42,176 bases of DNA from Victivallis vadensis (lineage in GTDB: Bacteria; Verrucomicrobiota; Lentisphaeria; Victivallales; GWF2-50-93), in NCBI GenBank assembly GCA_020718525.1, contig DYRX01000002.1, forward strand, positions 1 to 42,176, given 5' to 3'. The notes beneath the pieces were generated by a model. That model was not told the origin of the DNA. It did not search any database and saw only the letters and a program-made list of their open reading frames with translations. The translations under genes were made by a program, and so were the position numbers. Position 1 is the first letter of the stretch; every line of letters starts with the position of its first letter. This document shows, piece by piece, positions 15,849 through 24,228 of this stretch.

Positions 15849-18647
15849 ATGAATACGAATCCTGTGGCAATTTTCCAGAAAAGACTCGCTTCCTTGAGAA
15901 GGCGGAGGCAGGCGGCTCTTCTCGCTATTGACATTCTGGCGCTGTCCGGAGAGGCGCTGATGCTTCTGGCAATATACGCGCTCGCCGACTTCTTTTTGGC
16001 GTTTCCTCCCGCCGCCCTTGTCATAATTGACGCTTCCATCGTTGTCCTCCTGCTTCTGCATTTTATCCTCCGCGCAAGCAGGACGGCATCCTATTCGGAT
16101 GGAAAAATGTCGGAAGATCTCGACAAGGCGTTCGAACACCGCAGGCAGGATATCCTGAGCGCATATGAACTGCGGAAAGAAATTCGGAGCCGGGACGGAG
16201 ACACCGATATCCGCGAATATCTCGTCGCCCGCGTGATGAAGAAGGCAAGCCACATTATTGAGGAAGCCGGATTCAGACAAATCATGCCGTTCCGCGAATT
16301 TCGCAACGTCGCAAAAATGTTTCTTGTCCAGGTGCTTGTCTGCGCGGCAATACTTGGCATTCCGCGCCATGCGAGCGCCATTATTCTCGCGAGAATTTTT
16401 CATCCGTTCGATGACAATCCCCCATACAGCTCCTACACCTTTGAAATAGATCCGGCGGAGCCGGAGGTCATATACGGTGGAAACATTGAGATTTCAGCGA
16501 CTGTCAGAGGAGCAAAGACGCTCTCACAGGTCTGGCTGATGACCAGGGACGAGACCGGAATGATTCACAAAGCACCATGCTTCCGCGAGGGCGGAAACAA
16601 GTTTGTCCAGCGCATAGAAAAAGTCACAGCTCCGCTCAGTTTCTGCTTCTCGACGGGCAGGGCTAGAAGCAGATGGACTAATCTGGAGCTCCTCCTCCAG
16701 CCGCAGATATCCATGGCTCAGATCAGTCTGGCTCCGCCCGCCTACAGCAGGCTTCCAGCAAAAACTTTTTATGCTGGTGCCGCCGAACTGCAGGGATTGC
16801 CCGGCACCATTGCGGAACTCTCGATAAGCAGTAACAGACCCCTTTCCCATGGAAGACTTTCTCTGAAATACAAGAAGACAGGAGCGACAGAAATCATAGC
16901 CGCAGAAAAAAGCGGCGACAAGAGTCTGCTTTTCAGATGGGAGATAAAGGAAGAGGCCCAGCTCAAGGCGTATGTCAGCGATTTTATCGGCACTGAATGC
17001 CGTGAACCGCTATTGATGGCGCAGACTTTGAAGGAAGATGCGCCCCCCAGGATCCATCTGCTGTCGCCGGAGACATTCCTGCTAGCCACCCCGTCCGTCA
17101 AAGTACCTGTATCTGCACGTGCAGAAGATGATATCGGCATTAAACGGATAGATTTTGTCAGATCCGTGACTGGCTTCAGAGACAGGGCTGTCTTTGCAGG
17201 TCCTCGGGAACACACCCGCAGTTACAGTTATGAAACATCTCTAGATCTCAAGGTACTCGGAGTAGTGCCGGGAGAGACAATAGAACTATATTTCGAAGCG
17301 TCTGATTTCAATCCGAGCATGCTCGGCTATGCGGTTTCAGATGTTGCGAAGATATCTATAATTTCCGAAGAGGATTATGCCAGACAGCTCAGAGACAGGA
17401 CAGCCTGCGAACAGTTCTTTGAACGCTACAGAGTCATGGAGGCGGAACTGCTTGAGCTGAAAAAACTTCTATCCGAAATGAAACAATCCCTTCAGAAAGG
17501 GGAGCTTGACTTGGAGGGAAAGGGATCCATGATAAAGAAAATAAAGGAGGCAAACGACCGTGCTAGAAATTTATTTGGCGGGCTGGAGAAAGACTTTCCA
17601 ATATATGACATCGAAAAGGAGCATGGGGGGATTCTGGAAGAATTCACAAAGTTATTTGATAAGAATGAGCTGGCGATTTCCCAAATGAAGCCTTCAGATT
17701 CCAATCCAGATCTGGAAACAAAGATTGATGAGCTTCTGAATCAGACGGAGTCTTCGCAGGGGAGCATGGACGAGATGACAAAAGATGCCGGAGAACTCGA
17801 AAAACTAGTCAAGGTGCTTAGGCACTCAGTCAAGTTCATGGCTCTCCTCGGCCAGCAGGAATATCTTGCGAGGCGCCTCCAACGCTATGCCTCGGAAAAC
17901 ACACCCGTTGCAGGCAGTCCAATGCTAAAGACATTGGGAATCAAGGAGATGGAAATCAGAAAAGAGCTGATGCTTCTGTCTTCACAGCTTGCGGAAGATG
18001 CCAAGGCAATCACGGACGCGCAATATGACGACCTAAAGAAAAGCTCTCTGAAATTTTCCAGGAGGATCGATGAACTTGAGATTCCCGAGCTGATGAGGAA
18101 ATCGGCTGAGACGGCGGAAAGCGGCAATGGCGAAAGAGCCCATCACCATGGAAAGCTCGCCCTGGAAAAAATGCGCCAGATAGCATCGGAATTCGAAGAG
18201 TCGGAATTTGGATCGTGCTGTCTCGGCAACGAGGGGAGATTCAATCCTTCGTTCAGCCTAAGGACTAGGGACAGAATCCAGAAGACCCTCGGCGAGCTTC
18301 TCCAGTCGCTGATCTGCCAGCAGAAAGGCGGAAGGGGAGCAGGATCAGGGCTCGGAATCGGCGGAGGGGGGCTCGGGAATCTGAATGACGGCTATTCCGC
18401 TGGCGATTATTCGCCGCTGAAAATTCCAATCATCGGTCCGGACAGACTCGAGCTTTCGCAGTCCGAAAATACAGGAGCTTCCAACGATGATGGCGCAGTC
18501 GCGGCGGGGAAATCCGGCATCGGAGCGGAGAACAGGGAACTGCTCAAAATTGATGATCGCACAAAAACTGGAACCGAAAGCATTCCGCTCGACGAAGTCC
18601 CGGAAAAATACATAGATGCAGTGAAAAACTATTTTGGTCAAAACTGA
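15849..18647 (+). CDS. Large membrane protein (932 aa), DUF4175-like: N-terminal TM hairpin, beta-rich middle, coiled-coil C-terminal half with a Gly-rich patch
   Basis: It starts 1 nt after the previous stop. The TM segment is LAIDILALSGEALMLLAIYALADFFLAFPPAALVIIDASIVVLLLLHFIL. The family assignment is tentative and rests on position in the operon and on architecture. Confidence 0.65.
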   Translation: MNTNPVAIFQKRLASLRRRRQAALLAIDILALSGEALMLLAIYALADFFLAFPPAALVIIDASIVVLLLLHFILRASRTASYSDGKMSEDLDKAFEHRRQDILSAYELRKEIRSRDGDTDIREYLVARVMKKASHIIEEAGFRQIMPFREFRNVAKMFLVQVLVCAAILGIPRHASAIILARIFHPFDDNPPYSSYTFEIDPAEPEVIYGGNIEISATVRGAKTLSQVWLMTRDETGMIHKAPCFREGGNKFVQRIEKVTAPLSFCFSTGRARSRWTNLELLLQPQISMAQISLAPPAYSRLPAKTFYAGAAELQGLPGTIAELSISSNRPLSHGRLSLKYKKTGATEIIAAEKSGDKSLLFRWEIKEEAQLKAYVSDFIGTECREPLLMAQTLKEDAPPRIHLLSPETFLLATPSVKVPVSARAEDDIGIKRIDFVRSVTGFRDRAVFAGPREHTRSYSYETSLDLKVLGVVPGETIELYFEASDFNPSMLGYAVSDVAKISIISEEDYARQLRDRTACEQFFERYRVMEAELLELKKLLSEMKQSLQKGELDLEGKGSMIKKIKEANDRARNLFGGLEKDFPIYDIEKEHGGILEEFTKLFDKNELAISQMKPSDSNPDLETKIDELLNQTESSQGSMDEMTKDAGELEKLVKVLRHSVKFMALLGQQEYLARRLQRYASENTPVAGSPMLKTLGIKEMEIRKELMLLSSQLAEDAKAITDAQYDDLKKSSLKFSRRIDELEIPELMRKSAETAESGNGERAHHHGKLALEKMRQIASEFEESEFGSCCLGNEGRFNPSFSLRTRDRIQKTLGELLQSLICQQKGGRGAGSGLGIGGGGLGNLNDGYSAGDYSPLKIPIIGPDRLELSQSENTGASNDDGAVAAGKSGIGAENRELLKIDDRTKTGTESIPLDEVPEKYIDAVKNYFGQN

Positions 18648-18658
18648 AGGAGTGCAGA

Positions 18659-19339
18659 ATGAAAAGTATACCTGGCATTGCTTTTATTTATTCATCCCTA
18701 TTTTTCTTCGCATCAATTGCTTTGCTGTTTACGGCGGACTTGTCAGCCAAGGATGAAGTTGTCCAGTGCGCGAACCTGATCTATGCCGGAAATAACACGT
18801 CGAGATGCTTCAGCGATGAGTTTCTCAGCATAGTACAGCGAAAAACCGCCATATCTACAGAGAGAAGATTCAAGAGCGTAAAACTAGATTCGGAAGAGCT
18901 TTTCAAATATCCTTTTGCCATGATGACGGGCGAAGCTGATTTCATATTCAGCCAGAAGGAGAGGGAAAACCTGAAGAGGTATCTGGCAAGCGGCGGCTTC
19001 ATGCTCGTCTCCGCCGGATGTTCTAGCAGGAACTTCGACCAGGCTTTCCGCAGGGAGATAAAAGCAGTCTTCAAAGATGCCAAACTCGAGTCAATCCCGA
19101 TCGAGCATCCTCTTTTCAGGACGGTCAATGATATAAGGAAATTGGAATTGAGCCATGAATCCAGCGAAAAGGTTTCCCTCGAAGGACTTCAGATAAACGG
19201 CAAAATCGTACTCATATATTCCCGGCATGGCCTGAATGACACTGCCAACACTCGCGGCTGCTGCTGCTGTGGAGGCAATGAACTCAGAAACGCCTCGGAT
19301 ATAAATGTCAACATATTGGTCTATGCATTACTGCATTGA
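18659..19339 (+). CDS. DUF4159-family exported protein with a CCCC motif
   Basis: It has a signal peptide and the DUF4159-like pattern YPFAMMTGEADFIFSQKERENLKRYLASGGFMLVSA. Four consecutive Cys codons lie at 19259..19270. Confidence 0.75.
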   Translation: MKSIPGIAFIYSSLFFFASIALLFTADLSAKDEVVQCANLIYAGNNTSRCFSDEFLSIVQRKTAISTERRFKSVKLDSEELFKYPFAMMTGEADFIFSQKERENLKRYLASGGFMLVSAGCSSRNFDQAFRREIKAVFKDAKLESIPIEHPLFRTVNDIRKLELSHESSEKVSLEGLQINGKIVLIYSRHGLNDTANTRGCCCCGGNELRNASDINVNILVYALLH

Positions 19340-19366
19340 AGGCGGAACCCGGAAGACAGGAGACAA

Positions 19367-22300
19367 ATGAATAGAGCGGCAAAGCAATTGTCAGCATCCT
19401 TCCTATTTGCGATGCTCATTGTTTCCACAGCGCATTCCAACGTTCCCTTAGGGAAAACGCCGAAAATCCCGGAGGGGGTGCCTGGCGGCATTTTATTGGA
19501 AGCGCCTGCCGACATTGCAGGAAAAGGCAAATCAGAGGAACTTCCACCCATCTGGCAGAAATCTCTTTCGACCGCCCTGATCATGGCAGGCATGGAGTAC
19601 CGTCCAGTCTTCCTTTTCTTCCATTCCCCAGAATGTCCGTGGTGTGCAAGGCTCAAGGAACTTTTTGAGGACAAGGATATTGAGTCCGTGCTTAAACATT
19701 TTATTCTCGTGGAATGCGATGTGAACAAAGATCCCGCCACCGCCCATAATTATCAGGTGCAGGGAGTCCCGCTGATTCTTTTCATTTCCGGAGACGGCCG
19801 TATCAGAGGCGCGGTTCAGGGATTTACAACAAAAGATGAACTCCTCAGTGCCATAAGATCTGTAATCAGCAACCAGATACAGGTCAGGAAGGATAAGGAA
19901 TCTCTTATGTTGATAAGCAAGCTGGATCAGAATTCCTTTCCCGACGAAAGATGGCCGGATCTGATCCTGCTCATCGGCGACAGAGCTGACGGCAAGGAGG
20001 AGATTGTGAAGCGCATCATGAAACTCTCGCCGTTCCCGAAGGAGAAAATTGTCGCCCTGCTTGAGCACAGGCTTCTTGCCGTCAGGACTGGAGCTATCGA
20101 AATACTCGAAGAGATAGTCGGAGACGAGTTCTCCTACGATCCGTGGCGGAGCAGAGAGGAGAACGCTGACACCATTGCAAGATGGAAGGAATGGGCGGCC
20201 AATAAAGATCCCGTTTCCACTGACAGGCATTCTCCGCTGACAAAGGAAAAATGCGATCGGCTTCTGAACGAGATTATATCCGACAATAAAGACCGCTATT
20301 CAAGGGCGCTAAGAAGCCTTGAAGACTGTGGAGACGGCTGCATCGCGGCGATTGATGAGTTTATCGCCTCGCATGGCTCCCTTTCCGAAGGCGCAAAAAA
20401 CCGGCTGAAAGAAGTAAAGTACATGACAATCCTGTCTGACACGGCGGGAATAGATCCCGGTCCACTGGCGCATCAACTGCTTTCAGGGAGTCTTGACAAC
20501 AGACTCAGGGCAGTGCTGGAACTGAAGAAGGCGGGGCTCCGCGGGGTTCCGATCCTGAAGGACTTCCTTGAACATCCAGAGCCAGTGTTAAGGGAGACTG
20601 CGATAGACACTATTGTTGATACAGGCGGAAGGATGGCGGCGCACATAATTGAAAATCATATCGCGTCGGAAAAGGACAGCGATGTGCTCTTCTCGATATT
20701 GAAAAGTCTTGGGAAGCTGAAAACTAAGACAAGCGCGAAGATACTTGCTTCGTTCCTTTCAAACGGGAACGAGGATCTGGCTGTCATTGCATTGAAAGGC
20801 CTGGCGGACATCAGGGCGGCCAGCATGATAGATCAGATTGCCGGCTGTCTTGATGATCCAAGATGGAGAGTCAAGGTAGCGGCGCTTGAAGCAATCACCG
20901 AACTGGGCGACAAAGGCAAAAGCGCTCTCACAAAAAGCGCGGTGGCAAGGACAAAAATTGAATCCCTGATGAACGACAGCGACGAATATGTGCGCTTCAA
21001 GTCTGTCCTTGCCCTGGCTCACTTCACGTCCGGCGGAACCATGAGGAAGCTCGAGGAAGCCTTCATGAAGGATGACAGCATAAAAGGCGCGGTTATAAGC
21101 TCGTATGGCAGTAGGGACTTATGCATCCCTGACAAATTTGTGAAGGGCCTGGTCGGCAAGGATTCTGCAGTTCTTCTCACGGTGGTCCGGGCGCTTGACA
21201 AGTGCGACGAGAAACAGCTCCATCTCGCTAAATTTCTAGCCGCAAATACGAATCCGGACATATCGGTTCCGGCGGCGGCATTCATCGCGAAAAACGGTTT
21301 TTCCGATCCTGACTCCATTGCGCTCATGGCGGAACTTCTGAAAAATGGCAAGAGGGAAGCTGTTCTGGCCGTGCTGAAAAATCTAAAGATACCAGACAGC
21401 AATTCGAGAAGCTCCGACTATCGGAACGTGCTCGAAGAACTTTCCTTCGCCAGCTCTTCTGAAGGAAGCTCGGATTCCGCCAATTCGTCTATTCCCCCCG
21501 GAACAAGCAAGGATCTGGAGGATCTTTTTGCCGCGTTTGAAAGCGGTGTAGACACTGCAAAGCCTGCCAAGACCGGGAGCCGAGTCGAGATCCCCGCCTC
21601 CGCAAAGCCGGCGCCGCCAGCGGAAACAATATCAGAGCAGAAGGAAAAGCCTCCAGATCTGAATGATATTTTCGAGGCGTTCGGCGACTCCCCCACTCCT
21701 ACTGCATCCTCAGGGAAAGCGGATAAACCAGGAAGAATCTCGCAGAACGACTTTTTCAGCGAAATAAAAAAACTGGCAATGGAGAGCGACGACGAGGAAC
21801 TGAAATTTGCCGCGGCATTAGTGATGATAAGGAAGGGGGACGAGGAAATACTTCCCCTGATGGAAAATCTTTTCCCGTCCCAGACCGAGGAGCTAAGAGC
21901 CGAAATTGTGGACTCGGCTGACAGCGGAACCCTTGCCGCAGGCAAATTCCTTCTCAAGGCGCTTTCGGATCCTTCCATGCAAGTCAGGAAAAATGCGGCG
22001 GCAGGGCTCCTAAAATCGAAACACCCGGAACAGCTTGCAGAATTCCTGAACTCAATTGGAAGGCCGGATTCAAAGCTGAAAATCTATGAATTGGACTGGA
22101 CCAGAATCAGCCTCGGGAACCACTATGACACTAGCGTAAAAGATAAAAAGCTTCGAGCCGTCCTCAGATCCTGGGCGATAAATACGGTGAAAAACAATCC
22201 CGATCCATCATTTAAAGACGCCGCTCTTTTTGTAATCGGAATGACATGGGCCAAAGACGACGGAAAAATCGTGTCGGAATATTTCTCGTCGGAAAATGTC

Positions 22301-24067
22301 TGGCTCCGACGCGCCGCATACTACACACTTTCAAATTCGCTTGACGCTTTCATACTGCAGATACCGGACATGCTCAAGGACAAGTCAGACCGGATAAGGG
22401 AGCTAATTCCGGCGATCGCGTCCGCAAAATACGGCGAGAGCTCCAGATACAGCTCGGAATCTGTCTTTTTCTTTGACGAAAAGAATTTTTTCAGGAACTA
22501 CAACTATGCCAATATCCGGTCATACTCATCACGACGCCCAAAAATGAATCCAGCTGTGAGGGATGCGCTTTTCATGCTAACTTCAGACGAGTCAATGAAA
22601 ATCCGCCTAGATTCGTTTCTGGCTCTTCTTGACGCCCGTGAACCGCTTGATCTCAGGGAACTGATCCGAACGGCAAACTCCTTTCCGGATCAGAAAACGA
22701 TCTCTTCTAAAATCACCAATTTCATAGAAAAGAACTACAAAAGCCTCGGGCGGAATTTTGAGGTGCTTCTGTCATACCTTGACGAGGAAAGCGTCTCGCC
22801 TGAAGATCTTGCAAAGATATACAAGCATTTCAATGTTGACAGCGAATCGCTGAGCTCCTCGCTGGATTTCAAGGCGTTTTACAGAAAATCCGATCCCGTA
22901 GAGGCGGAATTTATTCTTTCGGCAGAAGCCTTGGCGGAACCCGCGCTGGAGAAGATGGAAAATCCGCTCATCGTATATTTTGACAAGCCCGGATGCTCGG
23001 ACTGCACCCGTGTGAAAAAAATCCTCCGCGAAATGAAGGAGCTTTTCCCGGATCTTGAAATCGAGACATACAATATTTCAAAAGTAGATGCCATGCGCCT
23101 TAACGAGGCATACAGCGAAAACGCAGGCACGCCGACTTCGACAAGACTTGTCGCACCATCGGTTTTTTCTGGGAAAGGCTATCTTGTCAAATCGCAGATA
23201 GATTATGACGGCATCAGAAGGCTCCTTTCCGAATCGGCTCCGCTCCCGAGAACTTCGTGGCGCATAAGTCCAGCCAGCGCGGAAATTTTCCGGAACGACA
23301 CCAAGCTCGCCGAACGTTTTTCCAACATAACTTGGCTTGTCGTGGCTTCCGGCGGTTTCTGGGACGGTCTAAATCCGTGCGCCTTTGCGGCTATGATATT
23401 TTTCATTTCATATCTGCGGATTGCAAGGAGGAGTCCCGCTGAAATCGCACATGTTGGAATGGCATTTGTCGCTGGAGTGTTTATCGCATATTATCTCCTC
23501 GGACTCGGCATCTCTGAAATCATCTACCATATATCTTTCTATGAAAATGTTAAAACGTGGTTTGACCGAGCTATGATAGCAATGGTCTTCATTCTTTTTG
23601 TCATGAGCGTATATGACGGAGTCATGAGTGCCAGGGGCCGCACTGAAGATATAAGCCTACAGCTTCCGGAAAGACTGAAGGAGAAGATCAGAACCACGAT
23701 AAGGATAGGGGCAAGGCATCGCCGTTTCATCTCCGCCGCATTCGTCACGGGGCTGACAATTTCTTTCCTCGAGTTTGCATGCACAGGGCAGGTATATCTT
23801 CCGGTAATTCAATATATGCTTGAAAGCGGCGGCAAAAAACTTGCCGCACTGTATTATCTGCTTGTCTACAACGTCGCCTTCGTCCTTCCCCTAGTCATTG
23901 TTTTCATCATCGCATTTTCCGGAATGAAAAATGAAAAACTTGTAGATCTTATGCGAAAGAACGCCGCAATCGTCAAATTTGCGACTGCGCTTCTCTTCCT
24001 CCTCATACTCGTTTTCCTTATATCTCAAAACAAATTTATGATTGCGTCTATTTTTCGCCTGAACTGA
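19367..24067 (+). CDS. 1566-aa exported multidomain protein: thioredoxin-like (CPWC), long HEAT/armadillo-like array, low-complexity linker, second thioredoxin/glutaredoxin-like domain (CSDC) and a DsbD/CcdA-like 6-TM domain
   Basis: AGGAGA precedes the ATG and a signal peptide is present. FFHSPECPWCARLKE places the Cys pair at 19634..19645. There are repeated PBS-lyase/HEAT-like units (DDPRWRVKVAALEAITELGD, DSDEYVRFKSVLALA, DPSMQVRKNAAAGL, and others). VYFDKPGCSDCTRVKKIL places the second pair at 22994..23005. Six C-terminal TM helices carry Cys in TM1 (GLNPCAF, Cys codon 23378..23380) and TM4 (FACTGQ, Cys codon 23780..23782). Confidence 0.85.
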   Translation: MNRAAKQLSASFLFAMLIVSTAHSNVPLGKTPKIPEGVPGGILLEAPADIAGKGKSEELPPIWQKSLSTALIMAGMEYRPVFLFFHSPECPWCARLKELFEDKDIESVLKHFILVECDVNKDPATAHNYQVQGVPLILFISGDGRIRGAVQGFTTKDELLSAIRSVISNQIQVRKDKESLMLISKLDQNSFPDERWPDLILLIGDRADGKEEIVKRIMKLSPFPKEKIVALLEHRLLAVRTGAIEILEEIVGDEFSYDPWRSREENADTIARWKEWAANKDPVSTDRHSPLTKEKCDRLLNEIISDNKDRYSRALRSLEDCGDGCIAAIDEFIASHGSLSEGAKNRLKEVKYMTILSDTAGIDPGPLAHQLLSGSLDNRLRAVLELKKAGLRGVPILKDFLEHPEPVLRETAIDTIVDTGGRMAAHIIENHIASEKDSDVLFSILKSLGKLKTKTSAKILASFLSNGNEDLAVIALKGLADIRAASMIDQIAGCLDDPRWRVKVAALEAITELGDKGKSALTKSAVARTKIESLMNDSDEYVRFKSVLALAHFTSGGTMRKLEEAFMKDDSIKGAVISSYGSRDLCIPDKFVKGLVGKDSAVLLTVVRALDKCDEKQLHLAKFLAANTNPDISVPAAAFIAKNGFSDPDSIALMAELLKNGKREAVLAVLKNLKIPDSNSRSSDYRNVLEELSFASSSEGSSDSANSSIPPGTSKDLEDLFAAFESGVDTAKPAKTGSRVEIPASAKPAPPAETISEQKEKPPDLNDIFEAFGDSPTPTASSGKADKPGRISQNDFFSEIKKLAMESDDEELKFAAALVMIRKGDEEILPLMENLFPSQTEELRAEIVDSADSGTLAAGKFLLKALSDPSMQVRKNAAAGLLKSKHPEQLAEFLNSIGRPDSKLKIYELDWTRISLGNHYDTSVKDKKLRAVLRSWAINTVKNNPDPSFKDAALFVIGMTWAKDDGKIVSEYFSSENVWLRRAAYYTLSNSLDAFILQIPDMLKDKSDRIRELIPAIASAKYGESSRYSSESVFFFDEKNFFRNYNYANIRSYSSRRPKMNPAVRDALFMLTSDESMKIRLDSFLALLDAREPLDLRELIRTANSFPDQKTISSKITNFIEKNYKSLGRNFEVLLSYLDEESVSPEDLAKIYKHFNVDSESLSSSLDFKAFYRKSDPVEAEFILSAEALAEPALEKMENPLIVYFDKPGCSDCTRVKKILREMKELFPDLEIETYNISKVDAMRLNEAYSENAGTPTSTRLVAPSVFSGKGYLVKSQIDYDGIRRLLSESAPLPRTSWRISPASAEIFRNDTKLAERFSNITWLVVASGGFWDGLNPCAFAAMIFFISYLRIARRSPAEIAHVGMAFVAGVFIAYYLLGLGISEIIYHISFYENVKTWFDRAMIAMVFILFVMSVYDGVMSARGRTEDISLQLPERLKEKIRTTIRIGARHRRFISAAFVTGLTISFLEFACTGQVYLPVIQYMLESGGKKLAALYYLLVYNVAFVLPLVIVFIIAFSGMKNEKLVDLMRKNAAIVKFATALLFLLILVFLISQNKFMIASIFRLN

Positions 24068-24228
24068 AAATTGCCGTGTTTTTCCTGACATGTCTCTTGA
24101 CGATGCCATAAACCTTAAAAAAGCAGTTGGATTTTTAGAGAGGAGACATTAGCAAGTATCCTACGCATCAAAACGTCGCCTACGGGTTCCAGACACAGAA
24201 GGCGTAAATAAAACTTTTCTGAGCCCCT

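Noticed and set aside
24068-24228. The convergent intergenic region after the 1566-aa gene, scanned for a tRNA, a terminator or a small RNA
   Set aside because: I saw no tRNA-like T-arm motif and only a weak 4-bp hairpin (CCCT-TCAG-AGGG) overlapping the downstream stop. Nothing there is supportable by eye.
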